Notes: generated from the sequence alone by a model not told the origin. A stretch of 64,000 nucleotides of DNA from Polyangiales bacterium (GCA_038231275.1 JBBRLQ010000005.1:256001-320000), one strand, 5' to 3'. Numbered from the stretch's first letter, positions 50,475 to 61,295 are shown. Numbers and translations are program-made.

Positions 50475-51832
50475 CTCCGATGCCGAATTTGCAGGGAAAA
50501 CGCGCAGTGATCGTGGGCCTCGGCACCAGCGGTGTCGCCGCGGCGCGCCTTTGCGTGCGTCGTGGCGCGGAGGTCATCGGGACCGACGCGAAGAAGGAGC
50601 CGCAGGTCGGCGCGGTCGCGTTGGCGCTTCGGAAAGAGGGCGTGACGCTTGCGCTCGGCGGACACGACGGCGTCGATTTCGCCGGAGCCGACCTGATTGT
50701 GATGTCGCCGGGCGTGCCGAGCTTTCCCGCGCTCGAGGCTGCCGAGCGGGCGGGCGTTGAGGTCATCGGTGAGGTCGAACTGTCGGTGCGCGAGCTCGCG
50801 TCGCCGGCGCCGGTCGTCGCGGTCGGCGGCACGAACGGCAAGAGCACCGTGACGTCGCTCGTCGGCGCGATCTTCGAGGGAGCGCAGAAGCGCACCTTCA
50901 CCGGCGGCAACCTCGGCGAGCCGCTCGCCGATCACGTCGACGAGCCGTGGGACGTCGTCGTCCTGGAGGTCTCGAGCTTCCAGATGGAACGCGTCCGCGA
51001 GTTTCGCCCGCGCGCGTCGATCCTCCTCAACGTCACGCCCGATCACCTCGACCGGTATGCGAGCTTCGAGGCGTACGCGCACGCGAAGGGCAACGCCTTC
51101 GCGCGGCAGACGGCGGGCGACGTCGCGATCGCGCCGGTGGGCGACGCGCTGTGCATCGCCGAGGTGCGGCGTGGCGCGGGGCGGCTCGTTACGTTCGGTC
51201 CCGGAGGCGACGTCGACGTGACCGACGCCGAGGTGAAGGACAACGTCTCCGCGACGCGTGCGCGCTACCCGCGTGCGCTCTTCGGCATTCAGGGCGGGCA
51301 CAACGCGCTCAACGTCGCCGCGTCCGTCGCCGCGTGCGCCGACATGGGGGTCCCGTCCGACGTGATCGCGCGCGTCGTCCGTGATTTTCGCGGCCTCCCG
51401 CACCGAATGACCCTCGTCGCCGACGTGCGCGGCGTTCGGTACTATGACGACTCGAAGGGCACCAACGTCGGCGCGAGCGTCACCGCGCTCCTCGGCGTCG
51501 CCGAAAAGAAGGCAGTCCTCATCGCCGGTGGTCGCGACAAGGGGGGCAGCTACGCGCCGCTCGCCCTTGCGCTCGCGAAGCGCGGACGCGCCGCGGTGCT
51601 CATCGGGGAAGCGGCCGAGGCGATCGAAGAGGCGATCGCCGGCGCCGTTCCGGTCCGCCGCGCGTCGTCCCTCGAAGAAGCCGTGCGCGTCTCCGCTTCG
51701 CTCGCGCAGTCGGGCGACGCGGTGCTCCTCTCGCCGGCCTGCTCCAGTTTCGACATGTTCCGCGACTACAAGCACCGCGGAGAAGAGTTCGTTCGCGCCG
51801 TTGGCGAGCTCGCCAAAGGGGTCCCGGGATGA
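50471..51832 (+). CDS. murD: MurD ligase
   Basis: SPGVP, GTNGKST, EVSSFQ, DHLDRY, DSKGTN, SPACSSFD. Confidence 0.97.
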   Translation: MTPMPNLQGKRAVIVGLGTSGVAAARLCVRRGAEVIGTDAKKEPQVGAVALALRKEGVTLALGGHDGVDFAGADLIVMSPGVPSFPALEAAERAGVEVIGEVELSVRELASPAPVVAVGGTNGKSTVTSLVGAIFEGAQKRTFTGGNLGEPLADHVDEPWDVVVLEVSSFQMERVREFRPRASILLNVTPDHLDRYASFEAYAHAKGNAFARQTAGDVAIAPVGDALCIAEVRRGAGRLVTFGPGGDVDVTDAEVKDNVSATRARYPRALFGIQGGHNALNVAASVAACADMGVPSDVIARVVRDFRGLPHRMTLVADVRGVRYYDDSKGTNVGASVTALLGVAEKKAVLIAGGRDKGGSYAPLALALAKRGRAAVLIGEAAEAIEEAIAGAVPVRRASSLEEAVRVSASLAQSGDAVLLSPACSSFDMFRDYKHRGEEFVRAVGELAKGVPG

Positions 51833-53118
51833 AGCTCGTTCCCGCCAACGTGAAGCGGCGCGCGCCGATCGCCCTCGGCATCACGGCGCCGCTCGACGCC
51901 AAGCCGATTGCGAAGCTCGCGTCCCTCCCCGTCGACCACGTGCTCGCCGCCGTGGTGATCGCGCTCATCGGCTTCGGCGTCGTCATGGTCTACAGCGCGT
52001 CGGCCGTGCAGGCCACGGTGCAGAACCACGACCCGCAGTATTACCTGAAGCGTCAGGCGATCTACGCGGCGCTGTCGCTCCTCGTCGTCCTCGGCCTCAG
52101 CCGCATCGACTACCACCGGCTCTACAAGCTGACCTACCCGGTGCTCATCGGCGTCGCGCTGCTGTCGATCGCGTGCGTCGCGGGCTTCGGTCACGCGGCC
52201 GGCGGCGCGACGCGTTGGATCGCGATCGGCCCGATCCACGTCCAGCCCGCCGAGATGTCGAAGATCGCGCTCGTCGCCTGGCTCGCCTATTCGCTCGCGA
52301 AGAAGGCGGAGCGCGTGAAGACGTTCACCGTCGGCTTCCTGCCGCACCTCCTCGTGGCCAGCGCCTTCATGTTCCTCTGCATGAAGCAGACGGATCTAGG
52401 CAGCGCCGTCATCCTGTTGCTCCTCACGTTCACGCTGCTTTTCGTCGCAGGCGCGAAGGTCGGGTACATCCTCGGCGCGTCGATCCTCGGCGCTGGCTTC
52501 GGCGTGGCGGCGATCATGGCGAAGAGCTTCCGCTACCAGCGGTACCTCGCGTGGCTGGACATGGACGCGCACAAGCAAGACATCGCGTACCAGCCGTTTC
52601 AGTCGGTCATGAGCTTCGGCTCGGGCGGACCGGTCGGCGTCGGCCTCGGGCATGGCCTCCAGACGTTGTACCTGCCGGAGGCGCACACCGACTTCGTCGC
52701 CGCGATCGTCGGCGAGGAGCTGGGATTTCTAGGGATCCTGGCGTTGTGTGGAACCTACATGCTTCTCGTCACGCGCGGAGTTCGTGCGGCGCTGCGGGCG
52801 CCCGACGACTACGGGAGCTACCTCGCGTTCGGCATCTCGACGATGTTCGGCGTGCAAGCGCTCGTAAATCTCGCCGTCGCGCTCGCCATCCTACCGACCA
52901 AGGGCCTCACGCTGCCGTTCCTCAGCTACGGCGGCTCGTCGCTCCTCGTGAACGCCGCGGCGGCGGGGTTGCTGCTCAACGTGTCGCGCCAAGCGCCGCG
53001 CGACGCCGCGTCCGAGCTCGTGACGCCCGAGGCGCCGCCGGTGGAAGAGAAACGACGTCATGCCGCGACGCAGCCCGACGTGACCGAGGGGCTCGACGAG
53101 CCAGAGGTGGCGCCGTGA
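51829..53118 (+). CDS. ftsW: SEDS polymerase FtsW
   Basis: VYSAS, GATRW, QPAE..K, LPEAHTDF, GEELG, PFLSYGGSS. Confidence 0.96.
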   Translation: MKLVPANVKRRAPIALGITAPLDAKPIAKLASLPVDHVLAAVVIALIGFGVVMVYSASAVQATVQNHDPQYYLKRQAIYAALSLLVVLGLSRIDYHRLYKLTYPVLIGVALLSIACVAGFGHAAGGATRWIAIGPIHVQPAEMSKIALVAWLAYSLAKKAERVKTFTVGFLPHLLVASAFMFLCMKQTDLGSAVILLLLTFTLLFVAGAKVGYILGASILGAGFGVAAIMAKSFRYQRYLAWLDMDAHKQDIAYQPFQSVMSFGSGGPVGVGLGHGLQTLYLPEAHTDFVAAIVGEELGFLGILALCGTYMLLVTRGVRAALRAPDDYGSYLAFGISTMFGVQALVNLAVALAILPTKGLTLPFLSYGGSSLLVNAAAAGLLLNVSRQAPRDAASELVTPEAPPVEEKRRHAATQPDVTEGLDEPEVAP

Positions 53119-54281
53119 CGACCAGCACGATCCTCATCGCCGGCGGCGGGACGGGCGGGCACGTCTTTCCGGGGCTCGCGGTGGCCGACGCGTTACGCGC
53201 GCTCGCCGACGTCGAGGTGGTCTTTTGCGGGACCGCGCGCGGGATCGAGGCGCGCGTCATTCCGGCGCGGGGGTACCGCCTCGAGATCATGGCGGCCGAG
53301 CCGATCAAGGGCGGCGGGCCGGCGCGCGCGGTGAAGGGCGCCGCGATCGCCGCGCGTGAGACGGCGAAGGCGGTGGCGCTCGTTCGGCGCGTGAAGCCGC
53401 GCGCGGTGCTGTCGACCGGCGGGTACGCGGCGGGGCCGGTGTCATTGGCCTCGGCGGCGCTGCGTGTGCCCCTCGCGCTGCTCGAGCCGAACAGCACGAT
53501 CGGCTTCGCGAACAAGGTCCTCGCGCCCCTCGCGGCGCGGGCGTACGTCGCGTGGCCGGAGGTCGGCGCCACCTTCCGCGCGGGTCGCGCGCGAACGTAT
53601 GGCGTGCCGCTCCGCGCCGGGTTCACGCCGCAGCCCTATTCCCCCGGCGCGTCGCGTCGCCTCCTCGTCATGGGCGGTAGCCAGGGCGCGTTGGCGTTGA
53701 ACGAACGCATGCCGTGGGCGGTGAAGACGGCGCTTGCGGCGATCCCCTCACTGGAGGTGCTCCACCAGTCCGGGCGCGATCGCGACGGCGCGGTGCGCGA
53801 CGCGTACGCACACCACGGCGTCGCAGGCGCGACCGTCGTCCCGTTCCTCGACGACATCGCTGCCGAGCTCGCGCGCGCAGACCTCGTCGTGGCGCGCGCG
53901 GGCGCGGTCACGGTCGCCGAGATCGCCGCGATCGGCCGGCCCGCGGTCTTCGTCCCGTTCCCGCACGCCGCCGACGATCACCAGTTCAAGAACGCGCGAG
54001 CCCTCGCCGACGTGGGCGGCGCGGTGTGCATCCGCCAGGAGGCCGCCGACGACGCGCGCCTCGCCCGCGAGATCATGCATCTGTTCGGAGACGACACGGC
54101 GCGTACGCGCATGGCCGACGCCTCGCGCGCGCATGGCAAGCCCACCGCGTCGTATGACATCGCGCGCGATCTCCTCGAGCTCGCCGGCATCCCCGCGCGC
54201 CCCACCAACGGCGGCGGCGGTCGGCACAAGAACGGCGCCTCGGGCACCTCGCGCGATCGCCACTCCGCGGAGGCCCGCTGA
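53115..54281 (+). CDS. murG: MurG glycosyltransferase
   Basis: [32 protein letters not shown]. Confidence 0.97.
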   Translation: MTTSTILIAGGGTGGHVFPGLAVADALRALADVEVVFCGTARGIEARVIPARGYRLEIMAAEPIKGGGPARAVKGAAIAARETAKAVALVRRVKPRAVLSTGGYAAGPVSLASAALRVPLALLEPNSTIGFANKVLAPLAARAYVAWPEVGATFRAGRARTYGVPLRAGFTPQPYSPGASRRLLVMGGSQGALALNERMPWAVKTALAAIPSLEVLHQSGRDRDGAVRDAYAHHGVAGATVVPFLDDIAAELARADLVVARAGAVTVAEIAAIGRPAVFVPFPHAADDHQFKNARALADVGGAVCIRQEAADDARLAREIMHLFGDDTARTRMADASRAHGKPTASYDIARDLLELAGIPARPTNGGGGRHKNGASGTSRDRHSAEAR

Positions 54282-55693
54282 TGTTCCGCGGACGCGTTCG
54301 TCACATCCACTTCGTCGGCGTCGGCGGCATCGGAATGAGCGGCCTCGCCGAGATCCTCCGTACGCTCGAGTTCGACGTTTCCGGCTCCGATTTGAAGCCG
54401 AACGACATCACGCGCCGCCTCGAGACGATGGGCGTGCGCGTCGACGTCGGGCATCGCGCCGAGAACGTCACCGGCTCCGACGTCGTCGTCTACTCGAGCG
54501 CCATCGCCAAGAACAACCCGGAGATGGTCCGCGCCCGCGCGCTCGAAATCCCCATTATTTCCCGCGCAGAAATGCTCGCTGAGCTAATGCGTGTAAAATA
54601 CACGGTCGCGATCGCTGGCTCTCACGGCAAGACGACGACGACCTCGATCGTCTCCACCGTGCTCCGCGCCGCCGGCCTCGACCCGACCGTGGTCGTGGGC
54701 GGCAAGGTCAACGCGCTCGGCTCCAACGCGCGCCTCGGCGCCGGCGATCTGTTCGTCGCGGAGGCCGACGAGAGCGACGGCTCGTTCTTGAAGCTCACGC
54801 CGACGATCGCCGTCATCACGAACATCGACGCCGAGCACCTGGATTTTTACGGCACGCACGACGCCGTGAAGGACGCGTTCGTGCAGTTCGCCAACAAGAT
54901 TCCGTTCTACGGCCTCGGCGTCCTCTGCCTCGATCACCCGCACGTGCAAGAGATCCTGCCGAAGCTCGAGCGACGCCACGTCACCTACGGCGTGTCGCGC
55001 CAGGCCGACTACCGCGCGAAGAACCCGCGCTACGAAGGTCTCGAGACGCGCTTCGATGCGTTCCGGCGGAGCGAGCCGCTCGGCGAGTTCGTCGTGAAGA
55101 TGCCCGGCGACCACAACGTCCTCAACGCGCTCGCGGTCATCGCCGTCGCCGACGAGCTCGAGATCCCGCTCAACGTGACGCGCGACGCGATCGGATCCTT
55201 CCATGGGGTGCAGCGGCGCTTCACCGTCGTCGGTCAGCCGACCTTCACGAAGAACGGCAAGACCGGCGACGTGATGATCATCGACGACTACGGTCACCAC
55301 CCCGCCGAGGTCGAGGCGACGCTCGACGCGGCGCAACGCGGCTTCGATCGGCGCGTCGTCGTCGCGTTCCAGCCGCACCGCTACACGCGCACGCAGTCGC
55401 TCTTCCCCGAGTTTTTGCGCGCCTTCAACAAAGCCGACGTCCTCGTCGTGACCGAGGTGTATCCGGCCGGCGAAGCGCCGATCCCGGGCGCCACTGGCGA
55501 GGCGCTCGCGCAAGGGATCCGCGCGCACGGCCACCACGCGGTGACCTACGTGCAGGACAAGAAGAATGTCATCGACGCGCTGCTCGAGATCGTCGAGCCG
55601 GGCGACATCGTCATCGCGCTCGGCGCCGGCGACATCAATGCGAGCGCGCGCGAGCTCGCCGCCGCGCTCGCAAAGAAAGCAGGAGCGCCGTGA
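54281..55693 (+). CDS. murC: MurC ligase
   Basis: [36 protein letters not shown]. Confidence 0.98.
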   Translation: MFRGRVRHIHFVGVGGIGMSGLAEILRTLEFDVSGSDLKPNDITRRLETMGVRVDVGHRAENVTGSDVVVYSSAIAKNNPEMVRARALEIPIISRAEMLAELMRVKYTVAIAGSHGKTTTTSIVSTVLRAAGLDPTVVVGGKVNALGSNARLGAGDLFVAEADESDGSFLKLTPTIAVITNIDAEHLDFYGTHDAVKDAFVQFANKIPFYGLGVLCLDHPHVQEILPKLERRHVTYGVSRQADYRAKNPRYEGLETRFDAFRRSEPLGEFVVKMPGDHNVLNALAVIAVADELEIPLNVTRDAIGSFHGVQRRFTVVGQPTFTKNGKTGDVMIIDDYGHHPAEVEATLDAAQRGFDRRVVVAFQPHRYTRTQSLFPEFLRAFNKADVLVVTEVYPAGEAPIPGATGEALAQGIRAHGHHAVTYVQDKKNVIDALLEIVEPGDIVIALGAGDINASARELAAALAKKAGAP

Positions 55694-56577
55694 GGCCGGT
55701 CCCGTCGAACCGAAAGCGCGCGAAGGACGCGCCGCTCCCCGACGTCCTCGACCTCGGCGAGTCGTGCGTCGGCAACGACCCCGAGGCGCCGCCGTCGCCC
55801 GTCGCGCCCGCGAAGGCCGCGCGTGCGTCGCGCGTGATGAACGTCGTGCGCACGGTCATGGGCGTCGTCCTCGTGGTCGCCGTCAGCGGCACGGTCGCGT
55901 GGGGCGCGCGCAAATACGTGAAGACGAGCCCGCGCTTCGCGGTGAACGAGATCGTCGTAAGCGGCGGCCATTTCCGCAGCGCCGATCAGATCATGGACAC
56001 GGCCAACGTGCGTCGCGGCGCCAATGTCTTCGGGCTCGACCTCGAGGCGTCGCGCCAGCGCCTCCTCCAGGACCCGTGGATCCACGAAGCCGAGCTCGGA
56101 CGAAGGCTGCCGGGGACGATCTCGATCCAGATCAAAGAGCGCGAGGCGGCCGCGATCGCCGCGCTCGGAGACAGCTACCTCGTCGCGCGGGACGGCGAGA
56201 TCTTCAAGCGCCTCGAGGGCGGCGATCCGGTCGATCTCCCCGTCATCACCGGCCTCACGTCGGAGGGCATCGCCGAGGATCGCGAGGGCGTGAAGCACAC
56301 GCTCCGCCGCGCGATCGATCTCGCCGAGGACTACGATCGTGGACCGCTCGGCGCCAAGCAGCAGCTCCAGGAGGTCCACGTCGCCGCCGACGGCGCGATC
56401 ACGCTGATCGTCGGAAAAAACGGCCTCCAGCTCGCGCTCGGCGAGCCGCCATACCGCAAGAAAATCGACCAGGCGGCGCGCGTCGTCGCCGAGCTCGAGC
56501 GTCGCGGCTCCAAGGCGGACGCCATCCTTCTCGACAACGAAGCGCGCCCCGAGCGCGTGGTCGTGAGGGTGCGATGA
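55690..56577 (+). CDS. ftsQ: Cell division protein FtsQ
   Basis: TM, POTRA domain (PWI..A...RRLP..I.IKER), LPVITG, position before ftsA. Confidence 0.9.
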   Translation: MRPVPSNRKRAKDAPLPDVLDLGESCVGNDPEAPPSPVAPAKAARASRVMNVVRTVMGVVLVVAVSGTVAWGARKYVKTSPRFAVNEIVVSGGHFRSADQIMDTANVRRGANVFGLDLEASRQRLLQDPWIHEAELGRRLPGTISIQIKEREAAAIAALGDSYLVARDGEIFKRLEGGDPVDLPVITGLTSEGIAEDREGVKHTLRRAIDLAEDYDRGPLGAKQQLQEVHVAADGAITLIVGKNGLQLALGEPPYRKKIDQAARVVAELERRGSKADAILLDNEARPERVVVRVR

Positions 56578-56626
56578 GCGACGAGAATTTGGCCCGAAAC
56601 CAACCAGCATGCGATGCGGGAGAGGG

Positions 56627-57931
56627 ATGACTACCGCATCTACTCACGGGGAAATCGTCGTTGGTCTCGACATCGGGACCACCAAGGTGTGCGCCGTCGT
56701 CGGCGAGATCGCCGAGGACGGGATCACCATCCTCGGGGTGGGCACGGTGCCGTGCCGCGGCCTCCGCAAAGGCATCGTTTCGAACATCGACTGGACCGTC
56801 CGGGCGATCAAGGAAGCCATCGAGAGCGCGCAGACGATGGCGGGCGTCGAGATTCGCACCGTGTACGCCGGCGTCGCAGGCAGCCACATCCGCTCGCAAG
56901 GGTCCGACGGCGTCGCCGCGATCGCGGGCGGCGAGGTCACCCGCGCCGACGTCGAGCGCGTCCTCGAGGGGGCCCGCGCCATCCCGGTCGACGCCGATCG
57001 CCAGATCCTCCACGTGCTCCCCCGCGAGTACGTCGTCGACGCGCAGGACGGCATCCGCGACCCCATCGGGATGAGCGGCGTCCGCCTCGGCACGAAGGTC
57101 AACCTTGTCACCGCCGCCACGAGCTGCGTGCAGAACGTCATCCGCTGCGCCGAGCGCTGCGGCCTCACCGTCGCCGACGTCGTGCTCGAGCCGCTCGCGA
57201 GCGCCGAGGCGGTCCTCTCCGACGACGAGAAAGAGATCGGCGCCGCGGTCATCGACATCGGCGGCGGCACGACCGACATCATCCTCTACGTCGACGGCGG
57301 CATCGCGCACACCAGCGTCATCCCGGTCGGCGGCAACAACATCACGAACGACATCGCCGCCGGCCTCCGCACCCCGATGGCCGAGGCCGATCGCCTGAAG
57401 CGCCTGTCGGGCTGCGCGCTCGGCCGCATGATCGGCGACGAGGAAGAGATCGAGGTCCCCGGCGTCGGTGGCCACCAGCCCCGCCGCTGTCCGCGCCGCG
57501 TCCTCTCCGACATCATCGAGCCGCGCGCCGAGGAGATCTTCGCGGTCATCCGCAAGCGCATCGAGGACACGGGCCTGCTCGAGCAGCTCTCGGCCGGCGC
57601 GATCCTCACGGGCGGCGCGGTCCTCCTCGAAGGCATGCCGGAGTTCGCCGAGGAGATCCTCGGGATGCCGGTGCGCATCGGCTTCCCGACCGGCGTGAGG
57701 GGCATCACTCAGCTCGTTCACGGCCCCCAGTACGCCACCGGCGTCGGGCTCGTGAAATACGGCGCCCAGGCGATGGCCGAGGCCGCAGCGAAGGCTGCTG
57801 CCCCGCCCGCCCAGTCGCTCACCCGCCAGCGCGTCCACGGCGCGGCCGAACCGACTAGCCCTGGTACCGGAGCGAGCGCCGACCCCAAGCGGCAGTCTGG
57901 TTTCTGGGAATGGATCAAGCAGGCATTTTGA
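56627..57931 (+). CDS. ftsA: Cell division protein FtsA
   Basis: GLDIGTTKV, DIGGGTT, LTGG, YATGVGL, C-terminal amphipathic FWEWIKQAF. Confidence 0.97.
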   Translation: MTTASTHGEIVVGLDIGTTKVCAVVGEIAEDGITILGVGTVPCRGLRKGIVSNIDWTVRAIKEAIESAQTMAGVEIRTVYAGVAGSHIRSQGSDGVAAIAGGEVTRADVERVLEGARAIPVDADRQILHVLPREYVVDAQDGIRDPIGMSGVRLGTKVNLVTAATSCVQNVIRCAERCGLTVADVVLEPLASAEAVLSDDEKEIGAAVIDIGGGTTDIILYVDGGIAHTSVIPVGGNNITNDIAAGLRTPMAEADRLKRLSGCALGRMIGDEEEIEVPGVGGHQPRRCPRRVLSDIIEPRAEEIFAVIRKRIEDTGLLEQLSAGAILTGGAVLLEGMPEFAEEILGMPVRIGFPTGVRGITQLVHGPQYATGVGLVKYGAQAMAEAAAKAAAPPAQSLTRQRVHGAAEPTSPGTGASADPKRQSGFWEWIKQAF

Positions 57932-58102
57932 ACTGGTACTTGTTACTTAACTTGCATTAAGATCGTCACAATTTCGCGGCTCAAGAAGGCACGGTTCACT
58001 GGGAGAGGCGCCCAAGAATCGTGTTTGAGCAAAGGCAGCTCGGTCAACAGCTGCCCCTAGAGATGCGTAGGGGATCACGAGGTCCCCGGCCCGGGAGGCA
58101 CC

Positions 58103-59410
58103 ATGAGTTTTTCCATCGAGTTCGCGGACGAGCAGCAGGAGTACCAGGCGAGGATCAAGGTCATCGGCTGTGGAGGCTCCGGCGGTAACGCCGTCAACAC
58201 GATGATCAACTTCGGCCTCGAAGGGGTCGAGTTCATCGTCGTGAACACCGACGCGCAGGCCCTGAACAGCAACTGCGCGCCGACCAAGCTTCCCATCGGC
58301 TCCACCGTCACGAAGGGCCTCGGCGCAGGCGCCGATCCCGAGCGCGGTCGCAAGGCGGCGCTCGAAGACGTGCAGCGCATCAAGGAGCTCATCCACGGCG
58401 CCGACATGGTCTTCGTGACCGCCGGCATGGGCGGTGGCACCGGCACCGGGGCGGCCCCGATCATCGCGCAGATCGCGCGTGAAGAGGGTGCGCTGACCGT
58501 CGGCGTCGTGACCAAGCCCTTCCTCTTCGAGGGTCGCCAGCGCGCCCGCCGCGCGGAGATCGGCCTCGCCCAGCTGGCCGAGCAGGTCGACACGTTGATC
58601 ACGATTCCGAACCAGAAGCTCCTCCTCCTCGGCGACGAAGACCTGAGCTTTATCGATGCCTTTCGTAAGGCAGATGAAGTGCTGTATCAAGCAGTGAAAG
58701 GCATCAGCGATCTGATCACGCAAAACGGCATCGTCAATGTCGATTTCGCCGATGTGAAGACGGTGATGAGCAACATGGGCCGGGCGCTCATGGGCACCGG
58801 CATCGCCAAGGGAGCGAGCCGCGCGCGCATGGCCGCCGAGATGGCGGTCGCGTCGCCGCTGCTCGACGAGATCTCGGTCGAGGGGGCCACGGGCGTCCTC
58901 ATCAACATCGTCGGCGGTCCCGACCTCAAGATGCGCGAAATCCAGGAGGCGGCCAGCCTCGTCCAGGAGCAGGCGCACGAGGACGCGAACATCATCTTCG
59001 GCGCGAGCATCGACGAGACGCTCGGCGAGAACATCAAGGTCACCGTCATCGCGACCGGCTTCGACTCGGTCGAGAAGATGATCCCGATCGAGCACGCCCG
59101 CGCGGTGTCCTCGTCGATGGCGTCGCAGACGGTGCCGTCGCAGTCGGTGCCGCAGCAGTCGGGCTACATGCGCCCGGCGGTCCGCGAGTCGATGGTGCCG
59201 CAGGTCAACACCCGTCGCGCGCAGCACGTCCATGACGCGCGCACCCAGGCGGCCCCGCCGTCGCAGGGGCGTCTTCCGATCGGCAGCTCGCGCGGAGAGG
59301 AGCGCGCTGCCACCTCGACGCGCTCCGGCATGGTCGATCGTACGTCGCAGTCGGGGTTCCCGAACGACGTCGACTGGGACGTGCCCGCGTTCCAGCGCAA
59401 AGGGCAGTAA
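58103..59410 (+). CDS. ftsZ: Cell division protein FtsZ
   Basis: NTDAQAL, GMGGGTGTG, NVDFAD, C-terminal DVPAFQRK. Confidence 0.99.
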   Translation: MSFSIEFADEQQEYQARIKVIGCGGSGGNAVNTMINFGLEGVEFIVVNTDAQALNSNCAPTKLPIGSTVTKGLGAGADPERGRKAALEDVQRIKELIHGADMVFVTAGMGGGTGTGAAPIIAQIAREEGALTVGVVTKPFLFEGRQRARRAEIGLAQLAEQVDTLITIPNQKLLLLGDEDLSFIDAFRKADEVLYQAVKGISDLITQNGIVNVDFADVKTVMSNMGRALMGTGIAKGASRARMAAEMAVASPLLDEISVEGATGVLINIVGGPDLKMREIQEAASLVQEQAHEDANIIFGASIDETLGENIKVTVIATGFDSVEKMIPIEHARAVSSSMASQTVPSQSVPQQSGYMRPAVRESMVPQVNTRRAQHVHDARTQAAPPSQGRLPIGSSRGEERAATSTRSGMVDRTSQSGFPNDVDWDVPAFQRKGQ

Positions 59411-59423
59411 GCACCCGACCGGC

Positions 59424-60317
59424 ATGCGCGCGGCCTTCGCCTCCACGGTCGCCGCGGCCTGCCTCTCTTCGTGCCTCGCCTTCTGTCTTGCCTCGTGTCA
59501 CCCGCCCGATCCGATGCCTCCGAAACCCCCGCATGCCGGCGACACGCGCGCCGCGGCGGGGGTTTTGCTCGTCGATCTCTCGTGGCAAGAAGCGGAGCGC
59601 GTCCTCGGCCCCGACACGGTCGTCGTCATCCCCATCGGCGCCGCGTCGAAGGAGCACGGGCCGCACCTCAAGCTGTCGAACGACTTCGTGATGGCGGAGT
59701 ACTTGAAGGGCCGCGTGGCGCGTGACGCGAAGGTCGTCGTGGCGCCGACGGTGCCGTACCACTTCTATCCCGCGTTCGTGAACTACCCGGGCTCGACGAC
59801 GCTGCGCCTCGAGACGGCGCGCGATCTGATGATCGACGTGGTGAGGAGCCTCGCGAAACACGGCCCTCGTCGCTTCTACGCGCTCAATACGGGCGTCTCC
59901 ACCGTTCGCGCCCTGGCGCCCACGCAGGAAGCCCTGGCGAAGGAGGGGATCCTGTTTCGCTATACGAACCTCCTCGACGCGCTGGGGCCGCTGGAGAAGC
60001 AGGTCAGCCAGCAAGCGCGGGGAACGCACGCCGACGAGATCGAGACGTCGATGATGCTCTACATCGCGCCCGAGACGGTCGACATGACGAAGGCGGTCAA
60101 AGACGACAGTCCCGATTCGCCGGAGCGTAAAGGGCCGCTCGTGCGCAGACCCGACGAGCAAGGCTTGTATTCGCCGACGGGGACCTGGGGCGATCCGACG
60201 CTCGCGACGCGCGCGAAAGGAGAGAAGGTGACCGAGGGTCTCGTCGCAGCGCTCCTCCGCGACGTCGAGCTCACGCGCACGCTGCCATTGCCGGCGCCAG
60301 CGTCTCCCACGCCGTGA
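59424..60317 (+). CDS. Creatininase-family amidohydrolase-like lipoprotein
   Basis: Lipobox LASC, PIGA..EHGPHL...D, YPGS, HADEIETS, G.WGDP..AT.AKG. Confidence 0.85.
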   Translation: MRAAFASTVAAACLSSCLAFCLASCHPPDPMPPKPPHAGDTRAAAGVLLVDLSWQEAERVLGPDTVVVIPIGAASKEHGPHLKLSNDFVMAEYLKGRVARDAKVVVAPTVPYHFYPAFVNYPGSTTLRLETARDLMIDVVRSLAKHGPRRFYALNTGVSTVRALAPTQEALAKEGILFRYTNLLDALGPLEKQVSQQARGTHADEIETSMMLYIAPETVDMTKAVKDDSPDSPERKGPLVRRPDEQGLYSPTGTWGDPTLATRAKGEKVTEGLVAALLRDVELTRTLPLPAPASPTP

Positions 60318-60323
60318 GCTCCG

Positions 60324-61217
60324 TCAGAGCTCGGCGGCGGCTTTTCGTAGCTGCTCTTGGATCGCGCTGGGCGCGGGCATCTTCGCGTCACGGAATGCGC
60401 GCGCCATCGCGTCGGAGCTCCCGTAGCCGACCACGCGCGCGATCTCGCCGACCGTCGCCCCTTCGGCGCTCAACAGGATCACCGAGAGCTTGAGGCGCAG
60501 GTGACGCGTCGCCGGTCGCCATCCGGCACCGACGAGGCCGAACGCGGTCACGAAGTCGCGCACGTGGCGGTCGATCTGGCGCCCCGAGACGCCGGTAGCG
60601 TCGCTCACCTCCTGGATGGTGGGCGCGAGGTAGAGACGCTCGACCATCGGGCGGAGCGCGGACCACAGGCGCGCGAACGTCGGTGACGTGGGCTTGAGCG
60701 CGACGTCGACCGCCTCGCTCGTGATCACCCCTGCGCTCGCGAGGCCATGGAGGAGATCCGTCATCGGCGTCACCAGATCGTCGTCGCCGGCATGGGCGGA
60801 CAACGCGGCGATGCGCTCGGCGGCGGCCCAGGTCGCCGCGTCGAGCACGAGGGGAGTCGACGGCACGCGGACGTCGCGCTGCGCGACGTGGAGCTCGATC
60901 GCGCGATATGGCGCGCCGCTCGCGCGAAGCGGCATCGACCGAACGCCGCGCTCGCCGTCGAGCTGCTCCTCAGTGAGCACGAACGCGCAGGGCCCCTCGC
61001 GGACGGTGGCCTCCGCGCCGAACGTGCGGAAGGTGCCGCTCAAGAGGAGGTAGACGCATGCGTTCGGCTTGGCCTCGCCCTCGATCGGCGGGACGAAGCG
61101 CGTGTCGAGCGTCAGGCCGTCGCGCTCGACCATGACCGACCAGATCCGACCGCCGAAGGTCACGGCCCAGCCGATCCGACCCTTTCCGATCGTGGAGGAG
61201 CCCCGCGCGACGAGCAT
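60324..61217 (-). CDS. AraC-family transcriptional regulator
   Basis: C-terminal double HTH (GVSGRQIDR; VGEIARVVGYGSSDAMARAFR). Start uncertain. Confidence 0.75.
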   Translation of the reverse strand: MLVARGSSTIGKGRIGWAVTFGGRIWSVMVERDGLTLDTRFVPPIEGEAKPNACVYLLLSGTFRTFGAEATVREGPCAFVLTEEQLDGERGVRSMPLRASGAPYRAIELHVAQRDVRVPSTPLVLDAATWAAAERIAALSAHAGDDDLVTPMTDLLHGLASAGVITSEAVDVALKPTSPTFARLWSALRPMVERLYLAPTIQEVSDATGVSGRQIDRHVRDFVTAFGLVGAGWRPATRHLRLKLSVILLSAEGATVGEIARVVGYGSSDAMARAFRDAKMPAPSAIQEQLRKAAAEL

Positions 61218-61262
61218 CGCCCGAGCCTAGCAGGTGGGCACAAACCCCTTGCAAACAGGGGT

Positions 61263-61290
61263 TTGACAATATTCCGACTGGTCGTAATAT
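61263..61290 (+). promoter_or_regulatory. sigma-70 promoter overlapped by a palindromic TetR-type operator
   Basis: TTGACA-16-TAATAT, and palindrome ATATTcCGACtgGTCGtAATAT at 61269-61290. Confidence 0.75.
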
Positions 61291-61295
61291 ATCCC

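Noticed and set aside
57946..57961. CtrA box upstream of ftsZ
   Set aside because: The spacing is TTAA-N6-TTAA rather than N7, and CtrA is alphaproteobacterial. It is kept only as an unassigned palindrome.
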